From the NCBI RefSeq assembly GCF_905372335.1, contig NZ_CAJPOU010000001.1, positions 1,665-65,664 on the forward strand: a DNA stretch of 64,000 nucleotides. Direction: 5' to 3'. Below are positions 1-11,007 of the stretch, piece after piece. The stretch is from Streptococcus sp. A12. Lineage in GTDB: Bacteria; Bacillota; Bacilli; Lactobacillales; Streptococcaceae. Position 1 is the first letter of the stretch; each line of letters starts with the position of its first letter. The position numbers were made by a program, and so were the translations under genes. The notes beneath the pieces were generated by a model. That model did not search any database and was not told where the DNA came from. It saw only the letters and a program-made list of their open reading frames with translations.

Positions 1-1
1 T

Positions 2-742
2 AACCTTCTTGGTGGACGTGCCAACATCGTCGATGTGGATGCATGTATGACTCGTCTTCGTGTGACTGTTAAGGACGAAACTAAAGTTGGAACAGAAGAA
101 CAATGGAAAGCTGAAGGAGCTATGGGACTTGTCATGAAAGGACAAGGGGTCCAAGCGATTTACGGTCCAAAAGCTGACGTATTGAAATCAGATATCCAAG
201 ATTTGTTAGATTCAGGTGAAGTGATTCCTGAAACTCTTCCAAGTCAGCAGACAGCGACTCAACAAGCGGAAGTTGCCTTTAAAGGGGTGACAGAAGAAGT
301 TCACTCAGTTGCTGAAGGACAAGTCATTGAATTAGAAAAAGTTCAAGATCCAGTCTTCTCACAAAAAATGATGGGTGACGGATTTGCAGTTGAACCAGCA
401 AATGGTCAGATTGTTTCACCAGTAGCTGGTAAGGTGACAAGCGTCTTCCCTACCAAACATGCCCTTGGTTTGGTAACAGAATCAGGTCTTGAAGTTCTCG
501 TTCATATCGGTCTTGATACTGTAAGTTTGGAAGGCAAACCTTTCACAGTGAAGGTAGAAGAAGGACAAACAGTGGCAGCGGGAGATTTATTGGTAGAAGC
601 AGATTTGGATGCTATTCGTGAAGCTGGACGTGCAACTACAACAGTTGTAGTCTTCACAAATGCTGCAGCTATTCAATCTGTCACTCTTACACAAACTGGT
701 CAACTTCCAGCAGATGCTGTGGTTGCTAAAGTTGAATTATAA
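2..742 (+). CDS. malT: PTS glucose/maltose-family EIICBA, C-terminal part (EIIB end plus EIIA); 5' end lies outside the window
   Basis: Frame open from base 2; EIIB motif DACMTRLR; EIIA motifs DPVFSQKMMGDG and LVHIGLDTV; followed by a MapP-like phosphatase. Confidence 0.8.
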   Translation, partial: NLLGGRANIVDVDACMTRLRVTVKDETKVGTEEQWKAEGAMGLVMKGQGVQAIYGPKADVLKSDIQDLLDSGEVIPETLPSQQTATQQAEVAFKGVTEEVHSVAEGQVIELEKVQDPVFSQKMMGDGFAVEPANGQIVSPVAGKVTSVFPTKHALGLVTESGLEVLVHIGLDTVSLEGKPFTVKVEEGQTVAAGDLLVEADLDAIREAGRATTTVVVFTNAAAIQSVTLTQTGQLPADAVVAKVEL

Positions 743-754
743 TCTATGAGAGTC

Positions 755-783
755 ATTCCTTGTATCCATTGGATACAAGGAAT
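755..783. repeat. 14-bp perfect inverted repeat (intergenic hairpin)
   Basis: attccttgtatcca-t-tggatacaaggaat; no U-tract follows. Confidence 0.8.
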
Positions 784-805
784 TCTCTATTAGGAGAGTA
801 GGATC

Positions 806-1621
806 ATGAAATTTTTAACTTTAAACACTCATAGTTGGATGGAAGAAAATCCCCAACAAAAATTCGAGGACTTAGTAACAGACATTATTGAAAAGCAATA
901 CGATCTGATTTGTTTCCAAGAAATCAATCAGGCCATCGAAAGTCCAGTTGTTCCAGTTAATAACTTATATCATCCAACTCCTTCTGCGGAGCCGATCCAT
1001 CAGGATCACTATGTTCGTTGTTTAGTTGAAAAATTAGAAGAAGAAGGATTGAGCTACCACTGGACCTGGGCTTACAACCATATCGGTTATGACCGTTATC
1101 ATGAAGGTGTAGCAGTTCTATCACGTACCCCAATCCAGGCAAGCGAACTCTTGGTTTCAGATGTGAATGATCCAACAGATTATCATACACGACGGATTGC
1201 CATTGCAGAAACCCAAGTTGATGGGAAAGAAATTGCGGTTGCCAGTGTCCACCTTTCTTGGTGGGACAAAGGTTTCCAACAAGAGTGGGCACGTTTAGAA
1301 GAGCGCTTTAGCCAATTGCAAAATCCCTTGATTTTAGCTGGAGACTTTAATAATCCTGCTGGGCAAGAAGGCTATGAGGCCATTTTAGCGAGTCCGCTAG
1401 CTCTTCAAGATAGCTTTATTGAAGCCCGTCAGACCAAGGGGACTTACACAGTAGGTCCTGGAATTGATGGATGGGATGATAATCAGGTACCTTTGCGGAT
1501 TGATTATGTTTTCACTTCAAAAGAATGGGTTATCGAACGACTAGAAGTTGTGTTTGATGGTTCCAACCAACCTCTCGTCAGCGACCATTATGGTTTGTCA
1601 GCTGACTTGCATTTACCATAA
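806..1621 (+). CDS. mapP: Endonuclease/exonuclease/phosphatase family protein, probable maltose-6'-phosphate phosphatase
   Basis: LTLNTHSW, LICFQE, LAGDFN, RIDYVF and SDH motifs; adjacent to malT-type PTS. Confidence 0.75.
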   Translation: MKFLTLNTHSWMEENPQQKFEDLVTDIIEKQYDLICFQEINQAIESPVVPVNNLYHPTPSAEPIHQDHYVRCLVEKLEEEGLSYHWTWAYNHIGYDRYHEGVAVLSRTPIQASELLVSDVNDPTDYHTRRIAIAETQVDGKEIAVASVHLSWWDKGFQQEWARLEERFSQLQNPLILAGDFNNPAGQEGYEAILASPLALQDSFIEARQTKGTYTVGPGIDGWDDNQVPLRIDYVFTSKEWVIERLEVVFDGSNQPLVSDHYGLSADLHLP

Positions 1622-1734
1622 GATTCAAATCCCTATGCCTTTAGGAGGCTAGGGATTTTCTTTGTTTCGCTTGCTTTCACTTTAGCCCTAAATATGATAG
1701 AATAAAGTATTAAGAAACGATAAGGAGGGTGTCC

Positions 1735-2208
1735 ATGCGGTGTCCAAAATGTGGCGGAAACAAGTCTAGTGTTGTAGATAGTCGCCAGGCAGAAGATGGG
1801 AAAACGATTCGTAGAAGAAGAGAATGTGATGAATGTCATCATCGCTTCACCACTTATGAACGAGTAGAAGAGCGGACTCTTGTTGTGGTGAAAAAAGATG
1901 GCACCCGGGAACAGTTTTCTAGAGATAAAATATTTAATGGGATTATTCGATCAGCTCAGAAACGTCCCGTATCGAGTGACGAAATTGAGGAAATTGTGGT
2001 GCGCATCGAACAAAAGATTCGAAGCCAGAGTGAAAATGAGATCCAGAGTGACTACATCGGATCACTGGTCATGGACGAGTTAGCAGAGTTGGACGAAATT
2101 ACCTATGTCCGCTTTGCGAGTGTTTATCGTAGTTTCAAGGATGTTGGTGAATTGGAAAGTCTCTTAAAACAGATTACCAAAGGAACGAAGAAGAAAAAGG
2201 AAAAATAG
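1735..2208 (+). CDS. nrdR: Transcriptional repressor NrdR
   Basis: MRCPKC..DSR..IRRRRECxxC zinc ribbon plus ATP cone; SD aaggagg. Confidence 0.97.
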   Translation: MRCPKCGGNKSSVVDSRQAEDGKTIRRRRECDECHHRFTTYERVEERTLVVVKKDGTREQFSRDKIFNGIIRSAQKRPVSSDEIEEIVVRIEQKIRSQSENEIQSDYIGSLVMDELAELDEITYVRFASVYRSFKDVGELESLLKQITKGTKKKKEK

Positions 2209-3381
2209 ATGAAGCCCAATACTTCATTTTCTTTCTTGCAGAATAATTATTTGGCGCCTACAGGAGCCTCCTTTACGCATCTGTATGGACCAATATTAGG
2301 TGTTCAAGCAAGTCAATTATATACTTTTCTGCTGAGTCTCTATGATCAGGGGAAAGAAAAACGGCTGATTGCTGTCATTTTAAATCATCTGGATCTAGGT
2401 TTTGCTCATTTTCTCGAAAGTCTAGACCGCTTGATTGCCATGAATTTATTAGAAGTTTATGAAACAGAAGAAGGACTTCAGTTCCGATTTGTGCCTCCGC
2501 TAGAAGCAGATCAATTTTTTGCCAATGTTGCTTATCAGAAATTGCTGGAGAAAAAAATAGGAGAAGTGGCAGTTCGTGACTTGCTTCCTGAAAAACCTGA
2601 GGGCGAGAAACGGAAGGTAAACTTTGCCTCTGTCTTTGGGATTGATAGTGTTTCGACCCCTCAGAGGAAAACATCTTCCTTCAGTTTGGAGCACTTTAAA
2701 CAATTAATGGCGCGAGATGGTCTCCGTTTTGAGAACGAACAAGAAGACATCTTGCTTCTCTATGCTATCACAGAAGAGAAGAATTGGACTTGGTATGAGA
2801 CCTATCTCTTGGCCAAGGAGACAGCGGCTAATAGGCTCATTTCGACCAAGCGGATGAGACAGAAATTAACCCAACAACCACAGGAAAAAGGTAAGGATGA
2901 GTTCACTCCGCAGGAAAGAGCCATTATCCGGGAAGCAAAAAATAAGACCAGTCGTCAATTTTTAGCAGGAATTAAAAAAGCACGTAAGGCTGTCGTGACC
3001 CAATCTGAGCGTCAAGCGATTTCTGATTTGGCCCAGTTAGGCCTATTAGATGAAGTCATAAACGTGATCTTGTTGTTGACCTTTAATAGGGTTGCTTCTG
3101 CCAATCTTAATGAAAAATATGCCTTGAAAGTTGGGAATGATTTTGCGTATGAGGGAATTAAAACGGCTGAAGAGGCTGTCCTGAAGATCCGCCAGCGCCA
3201 AGACTCCCATGCACAAAAAGCAAAAGAGAAAGCGACTAAGAATGGACAAGCGACTGGAAAAACCAATGTTCCTAAGTGGAGTCAGCCTAACTATACCAAT
3301 CAGACCAGCCAGGAAGAACAGGCTGATCTGGAACAACAAAAACGGGCCTTGCTCGAGAAATTAAATCAAGGAGGGGAGTAA
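2209..3381 (+). CDS. dnaB: Replication initiation / helicase loader DnaB (Firmicutes type)
   Basis: LYGPILG N-terminus, NVPKWS C-terminus; nrdR-dnaB-dnaI synteny. Confidence 0.9.
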   Translation: MKPNTSFSFLQNNYLAPTGASFTHLYGPILGVQASQLYTFLLSLYDQGKEKRLIAVILNHLDLGFAHFLESLDRLIAMNLLEVYETEEGLQFRFVPPLEADQFFANVAYQKLLEKKIGEVAVRDLLPEKPEGEKRKVNFASVFGIDSVSTPQRKTSSFSLEHFKQLMARDGLRFENEQEDILLLYAITEEKNWTWYETYLLAKETAANRLISTKRMRQKLTQQPQEKGKDEFTPQERAIIREAKNKTSRQFLAGIKKARKAVVTQSERQAISDLAQLGLLDEVINVILLLTFNRVASANLNEKYALKVGNDFAYEGIKTAEEAVLKIRQRQDSHAQKAKEKATKNGQATGKTNVPKWSQPNYTNQTSQEEQADLEQQKRALLEKLNQGGE

Positions 3382-4281
3382 ATGGAGAGCGTAGGGAAAA
3401 CCATGTCCCAGATGAATCGATCACAGCAGTTCAATTATGAAGAATTGGTAGCTCAAATTCTCGCCGAACCTGAGATTGCAAACTTTATTCAAAAGGAAGC
3501 CTTGTCGGAAGCAGAAATCCGTCGTAGCATTTCCAAATTTAACCAATACATCAGTGAACGGAATCGTTTTGTCCTCGGGGATGAAGATTATATTGCAAGA
3601 GGGTATAAGCCTGTATTGGTCATGAATGAGGGCTATGCGGATGTTTCCTATGAAGAGACACCTGAGTTGATCGAGGCACAAAAACAAGCTGCTATCAATA
3701 AACGCTTGCAACTGATCAACTTGCCAAGCACCTTGAAGGAAGCTTCCTTAGCGAAAGTCGACTTGGATGATCGGGGACGTTTTGGAGCCTTTGAAGAGTT
3801 AGCCAATTTTGTTGCTTCCTATCCTCAAGCCCGGAAAGGAATTTTTCTATACGGAGATTTCGGAGTTGGGAAAAGCTATATGATGGCAGCTCTTGCTCAT
3901 GACTTATCTGAAAAACGTCAGGCTTCCTCCACCATTCTACATTTCCCAAGCTTTGTCATCGATGTCAAAAATGCCATTAATACAGGCCAGGTTAAAGAGA
4001 TGTTGGATCAGGTCAAGAAGGCTGAAATTTTGATTCTTGATGATATTGGGGCAGAGCAGATGTCGCCTTGGGTCCGGGATGAAGTCTTGCAAGTGATTTT
4101 GCAACATCGGATGCAGGAGATTCTTCCAACCTTCTTTACTTCGAATTTCAATTTTGAAGATTTGGAACGTCATTTTGCTACATCTCGGAATGGAGATGAG
4201 ACTTGGCAAGCCAAACGTGTTATGGAGCGAATTAAGTTCCTGGCTAAAGAAGTGCGCCTAGAAGGAGAAAATCGCCGATGA
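3382..4281 (+). CDS. dnaI: Primosomal protein DnaI
   Basis: Walker A GDFGVGKS, LILDDIGAE, FFTSN. Confidence 0.95.
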   Translation: MESVGKTMSQMNRSQQFNYEELVAQILAEPEIANFIQKEALSEAEIRRSISKFNQYISERNRFVLGDEDYIARGYKPVLVMNEGYADVSYEETPELIEAQKQAAINKRLQLINLPSTLKEASLAKVDLDDRGRFGAFEELANFVASYPQARKGIFLYGDFGVGKSYMMAALAHDLSEKRQASSTILHFPSFVIDVKNAINTGQVKEMLDQVKKAEILILDDIGAEQMSPWVRDEVLQVILQHRMQEILPTFFTSNFNFEDLERHFATSRNGDETWQAKRVMERIKFLAKEVRLEGENRR

Positions 4282-4994
4282 ATACCGTTATTGATTTGAT
4301 GAAATCTCATTCCTCTGTCCGTCGCTTTAAGGAGGAGGACATCAAAGAGGAAGACCTTCAAGCGATTCTAACAGCAGGACAGATGGCTTCCTCTTGGAAG
4401 AACTTCCAGTCTTATTCCATTATCTTAGTGAGAAGCCAGGAAAAGAAAGATGCTCTCTATCAATTGGTCCCTCAGGAGGCGATTCGTCAATGCTCTGTTT
4501 TCTTACTGTTTGTAGGAGACCTCAACCGAGCTGAAAAAGGGGTTCGGATGCATACGGATCAATTCCATCCAGAAGGACCAGATAATTTATTGATTACTTC
4601 TGTAGATGCGGCCTTGGCAGGTCAGAATACCTTGCTGGCTGCTGAAAGTCTAGGCTACGGAGGAGTCATTATTGGTTTGGTTCGGTATGAAGCAGCTGAA
4701 GTGGCGAAACTATTTAACTTACCAGACTACACCTATCCTGTCTTTGGGATGGCTTTAGGAGTGCCGAATCAGAACCATCCTATGAAGCCCCGCCTTCCTT
4801 TGGAAGCTGTTGTCTTCGAAGAAAGTTACCAGGAGCAGACTCCTGAAGTGATTGAAGTCTTTGATCGAGTACAGACTACCTATGCTGGAGCACGGGCAAC
4901 GGATACTTGGAGCCAACGCTTGGCTGCCCAATTTGGACAGGAAGAACCAGCTGCTACGGCAGAATTATTAAAGAAACACCAACTAGAAAAATAA
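4278..4994 (+). CDS. NADPH-dependent flavin oxidoreductase (NfsA/NfrA nitroreductase family)
   Basis: [23 protein letters not shown] motifs. Confidence 0.9.
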   Translation: MNTVIDLMKSHSSVRRFKEEDIKEEDLQAILTAGQMASSWKNFQSYSIILVRSQEKKDALYQLVPQEAIRQCSVFLLFVGDLNRAEKGVRMHTDQFHPEGPDNLLITSVDAALAGQNTLLAAESLGYGGVIIGLVRYEAAEVAKLFNLPDYTYPVFGMALGVPNQNHPMKPRLPLEAVVFEESYQEQTPEVIEVFDRVQTTYAGARATDTWSQRLAAQFGQEEPAATAELLKKHQLEK

Positions 4995-5010
4995 GAGAAA
5001 AGAGGACACC

Positions 5011-6321
5011 ATGGCTTTACCTACTGTTGCCATTGTAGGACGTCCAAATGTCGGGAAGTCAACGCTCTTTAACCGGATTGCCGGTGAGCGGATTTCCATT
5101 GTCGAGGATGTCGAAGGGGTTACTCGGGACCGTATTTATGCAACGGCTGAGTGGCTCAACCACCAATTTAGTATTATTGATACTGGCGGGATTGATGACG
5201 TGGACGCACCTTTCATGGAGCAAATCAAGCACCAAGCGGAGATTGCCATGGATGAAGCAGACGTCATTGTCTTTGTCGTATCTGGAAAAGAAGGGATTAC
5301 CGATGCAGATGAGTATGTGGCTCGGATGCTCTACAAGACCCATAAACCAGTCATTTTAGCAGTCAATAAAGTCGATAATCCAGAGATGCGAACTGACATC
5401 TATGATTTCTATGCTCTTGGCTTGGGAGAACCCTTGCCAGTGTCATCTGTGCACGGGATTGGTACAGGGGATGTCTTGGATGCTATTGTTGAAAACCTTC
5501 CGACGGATCGGGAGCCAGAAAATCCAGATGTCATTAAGTTCAGCTTGATTGGCCGCCCAAATGTCGGAAAATCTAGTCTGATCAATGCCATCCTTGGGGA
5601 AGACCGCGTCATTGCCAGTCCTGTAGCAGGGACTACGCGGGATGCGATTGACACCCATTTCACCGATGCAGAAGGCCAAGAGTACACCATGATTGATACA
5701 GCCGGAATGCGAAAATCTGGTAAAGTATATGAAAATACAGAGAAATATTCTGTGATGAGGGCTATGCGGGCTATCGATCGCTCGGATGTGGTCTTGATGG
5801 TCTTGAACGCAGAAGAAGGAATCCGCGAGTACGATAAGCGGATTGCCGGATTTGCCCATGAAGCTGGGAAAGGGATGATCATCGTGGTCAATAAGTGGGA
5901 TACCCTTGAAAAGGATAACCACACCATGAAGCAATGGGAAGATGATATTCGAGATCAATTCCAATACTTATCTTATGCACCTATTATCTTTGTCTCTGCT
6001 TTGACCAAACAACGCTTGCACAAGTTACCAGATATGATCAAGCAGATCAGTGAAAGCCAAAATACACGGATTCCTTCAGCTGTCTTAAACGATGTTATTA
6101 TGGATGCCATCGCCATTAATCCGACGCCGACAGATAAAGGAAAACGTCTGAAAATCTTCTATGCGACTCAGGTTGCTACCAAGCCACCAACCTTTGTAGT
6201 CTTTGTCAATGAAGAAGAGCTCATGCACTTCTCTTATCTTCGTTTCTTAGAAAATCAAATTCGGAAAGCCTTTGTCTTTGAAGGAACCCCAATCCATTTG
6301 ATTGCTCGGAAACGGAAGTAG
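5011..6321 (+). CDS. der: Ribosome biogenesis GTPase Der
   Basis: Two GRPNVGKS G-domains and C-terminal KH-like domain. Confidence 0.98.
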   Translation: MALPTVAIVGRPNVGKSTLFNRIAGERISIVEDVEGVTRDRIYATAEWLNHQFSIIDTGGIDDVDAPFMEQIKHQAEIAMDEADVIVFVVSGKEGITDADEYVARMLYKTHKPVILAVNKVDNPEMRTDIYDFYALGLGEPLPVSSVHGIGTGDVLDAIVENLPTDREPENPDVIKFSLIGRPNVGKSSLINAILGEDRVIASPVAGTTRDAIDTHFTDAEGQEYTMIDTAGMRKSGKVYENTEKYSVMRAMRAIDRSDVVLMVLNAEEGIREYDKRIAGFAHEAGKGMIIVVNKWDTLEKDNHTMKQWEDDIRDQFQYLSYAPIIFVSALTKQRLHKLPDMIKQISESQNTRIPSAVLNDVIMDAIAINPTPTDKGKRLKIFYATQVATKPPTFVVFVNEEELMHFSYLRFLENQIRKAFVFEGTPIHLIARKRK

Positions 6322-6327
6322 GTGTTT

Positions 6328-6774
6328 ATGAAAATTTTGAAACAAGGACTCATGCTGCTTGTCTCATTCTTTGTATTTCTGGGACTAACAGCTTGTAGCG
6401 TTGAAAGAGAAGAGACCTACGAGAAAAACTATACAGATAGTCTTGTTCGAGTGACGATTCGACATAGATCCAATCAAATGATCTCTGAAGAGTTTTGGGC
6501 TGATAATTTTAATTTAAATATTGAAGATGATTCTGAATTCGAATATATTAAAAAAGAAATTGTTGATCCTAAAAAAGGAATTTCAGGCTATACAACAGAT
6601 GTGACTCGTACGAAAGAGAACGGGTTGATGATTCATAGCAAGATCATCTACCAAGACTTAGATGTTGAAGCCTTAAATAAAGCCAATGGTGAGAAAAAAA
6701 CGATTGGAGAACTGGCCGATTATTCCGATCATATCAAGAACCTCAAAAAAGAAGGTTATAAGAGAGTAAAATAA
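6328..6774 (+). CDS. Putative lipoprotein (DUF1307/YehR-like)
   Basis: Signal peptide with lipobox LTAC; C-terminal LKKEGYK; AT-rich. Confidence 0.6.
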   Translation: MKILKQGLMLLVSFFVFLGLTACSVEREETYEKNYTDSLVRVTIRHRSNQMISEEFWADNFNLNIEDDSEFEYIKKEIVDPKKGISGYTTDVTRTKENGLMIHSKIIYQDLDVEALNKANGEKKTIGELADYSDHIKNLKKEGYKRVK

Positions 6775-6886
6775 AAGGAACACACCTGGTGTTCCTTTTA
6801 GAATCTAAACAAACCATTTTTAACATAAAATAGCTAGCTATAATTCAAATAATGACTTTTATTTTTGGAGTCATTCAAGTAGATCT

Positions 6887-7024
6887 GAAACTTTCCACCG
6901 TGAGTAAAGTGCTAGAAACAAGATTGTTTCTAGCACTCGGGAGTTTTGGAACCTTAGGTCCAAAACTAAGTCATGGAACTTCATAGAAGTTCGCTGACGT
7001 CCGTACTCACCTACGGGAAGTTTC
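6887..7024. repeat. Structured intergenic element, BOX/REPIN-like multi-hairpin
   Basis: Nested inverted repeats gaaactttcc/gggaagtttc and gtgagta/tactcac enclosing three hairpins. Confidence 0.6.
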
Positions 7025-7171
7025 TAAGAATACTTCTTCTTTAATTTGAATGGAAAAAAAGTAGAGTAGGTGATAGTAAAATCAGGCATTGAATTCTTTA
7101 CAATTCTTTGTCTTTTTTTCTATTTTAGAAGGGATATGATATAATAAAGAGATAAACATAAGGTGGTAAAT

Positions 7172-10100
7172 ATGGCAAAATTAATTCCTGGGAAAATCCG
7201 TTCAGAAGGAATTCTTCTTTATGAAAACGGAAAAGTAACCCTACAGGAAATGAAGAATCAGTACCTCTATTTTAGAATTGAAAATGAGTCCCTCCGCTAT
7301 AGTCTAGATGATCAAGCAATTTTTTGTAGTTGTGAGTTTTTCCAGAAGAAAAAATTCTGTGTGCATTTAGCCGCAGGAGAAGCCTTTTTAAAAAATGATG
7401 AAGAAGGGAAGGAACTCTTGCTTGGTTTGGAGCAAGATGCAACAGAAAGTCAAGAAACAAAGGAAAAAGTATCTTTTGGAAGTTTGTTTTTAGATCAAGT
7501 CCTACCAAAAATTGAAAGCAAAGAAGTCCGATTTGGTCTCTCAGCAACCGGTCATATAGACGACTTTTCCGGTCAGTTTTTGTGGACCCTACGTATCTAT
7601 CGTAGACCGGATGAGAGATCTTATGTGGTGCGGGATGTTGTAGCTTTCTTGCAAGCTATCAGAAAACAGTCCCATTTTGCGATTGGAAAAAGTTATTACG
7701 AGCCGATTTCCTATGCAGCCTTTGACCCTGAGAGTCGTGCCTTGATTCGATTCTTAGAAGGCTTGTTATCGGGAGATACGGTGCATGATGCCCTCTTCTT
7801 TCCAAATGGTGGACGTCATCTTTACTTTCCAATGAGCTTCTTTGAAGAAGCTGTGCAATTATTGATGGACCTACCGTCCTTTACCCTTGAAGTTGGACTG
7901 GATACCTATCAGGAAGTATTCTTTCAAGAACTCCAGGAAGATTCCGGCTTGTTTTCTTTCCAAGTAGTGGAAATGAAGGAGTTTATCGAACTACAGGTCC
8001 AAGTGGCTTCTTATAAAATGGTGGAAGGTCGCTTTCTTTTGGCGAATGGTCATTTTTACCAAATATCACCGCTTCAAAAGATTTTGATTGAGGCTGTGCA
8101 GAGTTTACCCCTTTCCAGTGATCAGAAAAGACATGTTCAATTTGATTTGTCTGATCAGACCAAATTAACCTATAGCTTAGAGCAATTCAGGAAAATTGGT
8201 GAGGTGAAAGCACCAAGTAATTTCTATATTCACGATTTTCAACCTCACTTTGCTTTTGATTTATCGGAGCAAGGAGAAGTGCTACTGGATCTAGTTTTTG
8301 TCTACGAGGACCGCATCGTTCGATCTGAGAAAGAACTTAAGGATCTGCCTTATTCCAGTAATTTTGATAAGGAACGTTTGGTTTTTGAAACCATCTTGAC
8401 AGCTGGCTTTACCAATCAATTTCAATCCAAACGAGCTCCCCTCCTTCCCAAGCAGATCTATCCCTTCTTTCAGCGGACCCTTCCCTTGTTTGAAGAACTG
8501 GGAGAGGTCGAAGTTTCGGACAAGTTGTTAGACTTGTATCAGGTTGAAAAGCCGACGATTGCTATTCAAACCAGTGGTCGCCTCCTTGAGATTGGTTTTG
8601 AATTTGACTCCATTGATCCCTCTGAGATTGAGCAAGTTATGAGTGCCTTGGTTGAGAAGAATGACTATTATATCAGTCAATCAGGAAAGGTTCTAATCTT
8701 TGATGAAGAAACCAAGCGGATCAGTCAGACCTTATTGAATCTTCGTGCAAAGAAGACAAAAACAGGTCAGTTACAAACCAATCGCATTGCAGCATTCCAG
8801 CTCTCCCAGTTATTTGAGTCAGCTGACAATGTCCAATTTTCTGAAGAGTTTCGTCACTTGGCTCATGATTTGATTCATCCAGAGCAATTTCCATTAGGTA
8901 AGCTACAAGTAACTGCTAAACTTCGAGATTATCAGGAAGTCGGAGTCCGCTGGCTATCCATGCTCAATCACTATGGTTTTGGGGGGATTTTGGCAGATGA
9001 TATGGGGCTTGGAAAGACCCTCCAGACCATTGCCTTTCTCTCAAGTGTTGCGACGGCGGATTCTAAGATTTTGATTTTAGCCCCATCTAGTCTAATCTAT
9101 AATTGGAAAGAGGAATTCGAAAAGTTTGCTCCACAAATGGAAGTGGAGGTCATCTATGGCCTCAAAGCAAGTCGAGACGAGGTGATTGCAAGCAACCCTC
9201 AGGTAGCAATTACCAGTTACGCTTCCTTCCGCCAGGACGTAGAGCAATACGAAAAAAATCAGTACCAATATTTAATCTTGGATGAAGCCCAGGTCATGAA
9301 AAATTCCCAAACCAAGATTGCTCAATACTTACGGAAATTCGATGTTCCTCATACCTTTGCTTTGTCGGGAACGCCAATAGAAAACCATGTAGAGGAACTC
9401 TGGTCGATTTTCCAAATTGTTCTTCCTGGTTTGTTTCCGGGTAAAAAAGAATTTAAACAATTGAGTCCAGCGACTATTTCTCAATACGTCAAGCCCTTTA
9501 TCATGAGACGGAAAAAAAGTGAAGTCTTGCAGGAGCTTCCAGATTTGATTGAGATGACCTATAAGAATGAATTGGCTGACGATCAAAAAACGATCTATTT
9601 AGCCCAGTTGAAGCAAATGCAAGACCGCATTCTAAGCTCTTCTGAAGAGGAACTCAATCGCAGTAAGATGGAAATCTTATCTGGTTTGATGCGTCTTCGT
9701 CAGATTTGTGATACTCCATCCCTCTTTTTAGAGGACTATACTGGAGAAAGTGGGAAGCTGGATAGCCTTCGAGAATTGCTAGAGCAGATCAAAGATGGAA
9801 ACCAACGAGTGTTGATCTTCTCACAATTTAGGGGCATGTTGGATATCATTGAAAAAGAGTTGGATGCTCTGAAGATGACTTCGTTTAAAATCACAGGATC
9901 TACGCCAGCTAATGAGCGCCAAGATATGACTAACGCATTTAACTCCGGTCAAGGGGATGCCTTTCTCATTTCCTTGAAAGCAGGTGGAGTTGGCTTGAAT
10001 TTGACAGGTGCTGACACGGTTATTTTAGTTGACCTATGGTGGAACCCTGCGGTAGAAGATCAAGCCATTGGTCGTGCCCATCGAATGGGACAAGATAAGA

Positions 10101-10267
10101 ATGTTGAGGTTTACCGAATGATTACTCGTGGGACCATCGAAGAAAAAATTCAAGAGCTCCAGACCAGTAAACGTCATTTAGTTTCTACCATATTAGATGG
10201 TACCGAAACGCGCTCCAGTCTTTCTATTGAAGAAATTCGGGAAATTTTGGGTATTTCGGTAGAATAA
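7172..10267 (+). CDS. SWIM zinc-finger SNF2-family helicase
   Basis: CSC..CVH SWIM motif; LADDMGLGKT, DEAQ, QAIGRAHRMGQ. Confidence 0.95.
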   Translation: MAKLIPGKIRSEGILLYENGKVTLQEMKNQYLYFRIENESLRYSLDDQAIFCSCEFFQKKKFCVHLAAGEAFLKNDEEGKELLLGLEQDATESQETKEKVSFGSLFLDQVLPKIESKEVRFGLSATGHIDDFSGQFLWTLRIYRRPDERSYVVRDVVAFLQAIRKQSHFAIGKSYYEPISYAAFDPESRALIRFLEGLLSGDTVHDALFFPNGGRHLYFPMSFFEEAVQLLMDLPSFTLEVGLDTYQEVFFQELQEDSGLFSFQVVEMKEFIELQVQVASYKMVEGRFLLANGHFYQISPLQKILIEAVQSLPLSSDQKRHVQFDLSDQTKLTYSLEQFRKIGEVKAPSNFYIHDFQPHFAFDLSEQGEVLLDLVFVYEDRIVRSEKELKDLPYSSNFDKERLVFETILTAGFTNQFQSKRAPLLPKQIYPFFQRTLPLFEELGEVEVSDKLLDLYQVEKPTIAIQTSGRLLEIGFEFDSIDPSEIEQVMSALVEKNDYYISQSGKVLIFDEETKRISQTLLNLRAKKTKTGQLQTNRIAAFQLSQLFESADNVQFSEEFRHLAHDLIHPEQFPLGKLQVTAKLRDYQEVGVRWLSMLNHYGFGGILADDMGLGKTLQTIAFLSSVATADSKILILAPSSLIYNWKEEFEKFAPQMEVEVIYGLKASRDEVIASNPQVAITSYASFRQDVEQYEKNQYQYLILDEAQVMKNSQTKIAQYLRKFDVPHTFALSGTPIENHVEELWSIFQIVLPGLFPGKKEFKQLSPATISQYVKPFIMRRKKSEVLQELPDLIEMTYKNELADDQKTIYLAQLKQMQDRILSSSEEELNRSKMEILSGLMRLRQICDTPSLFLEDYTGESGKLDSLRELLEQIKDGNQRVLIFSQFRGMLDIIEKELDALKMTSFKITGSTPANERQDMTNAFNSGQGDAFLISLKAGGVGLNLTGADTVILVDLWWNPAVEDQAIGRAHRMGQDKNVEVYRMITRGTIEEKIQELQTSKRHLVSTILDGTETRSSLSIEEIREILGISVE

Positions 10268-10324
10268 CTTGAAAAATAAAATGAATAGTTTATAATTAAT
10301 GAAGTGTCGAAAGGAAGAAATAGG

Positions 10325-10993
10325 ATGACGGATAAGCATTTCCCTCAAGTAGCAGATGATGAATTGATGCTAACTCAAATGCCCCATATGAATTTATATG
10401 ATGATGGGGACTTCATTAGTAATATTCTTGGGGAGTATACAGATAAAAACTATTTAGAATGGGAGCCGATTGCTACTAGAAAGGTAGCAGAGCAACCTTA
10501 TCAAAAAAATCTACAAAAATCCCTTCAAAAACCATTTGAAGTGCCTAAGTCAAGAAGGCAGCCAATGACTCCTGATTTCAAGGAGCCTGTTGATAAAAAG
10601 AGCCCGGCGAATCGCTACGCAGAGGAAGCTCGGGAAGCAGCGCGTGCCGATTTGAAAAAGAAGCGGACGGCTCCGTATTTAACAGCAGATATTGCATCTA
10701 AACCCAATCGTAAAAAATTCACCCCTTCTTTCATGCCAAAAGGGAAGCCGACAGCTCCTTTTCAAAAAGAAAATCCAGGTGAATTGATCAAATATGGTGA
10801 GCGACTGAAACAAGAGCAATTGATACTTTTAGAAGGTGCTGAGGAACATCCAGTTCAAGAATCCCACCAAGAAGAGAAACCCCAAAAAAATAATTTTGAT
10901 TTCTTGAAAAAGAGTCAAATCTATAACAAGGATCAACAAAACATTCCAACGAGACTCATTAAACAAGAACTCAATGTGACCAATCTGGACTAG
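10325..10993 (+). CDS. Conserved streptococcal hypothetical protein upstream of murC
   Basis: Open frame with SD; conserved-looking [12 protein letters not shown]-terminus. Confidence 0.75.
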   Translation: MTDKHFPQVADDELMLTQMPHMNLYDDGDFISNILGEYTDKNYLEWEPIATRKVAEQPYQKNLQKSLQKPFEVPKSRRQPMTPDFKEPVDKKSPANRYAEEAREAARADLKKKRTAPYLTADIASKPNRKKFTPSFMPKGKPTAPFQKENPGELIKYGERLKQEQLILLEGAEEHPVQESHQEEKPQKNNFDFLKKSQIYNKDQQNIPTRLIKQELNVTNLD

Positions 10994-11007
10994 CGAGAGG
11001 AGAAACT

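Noticed and set aside
7172..10267. SNF2 helicase as part of a defence system
   Set aside because: Sits in the conserved streptococcal der-snf2-murC context with no methylase or nuclease partners.
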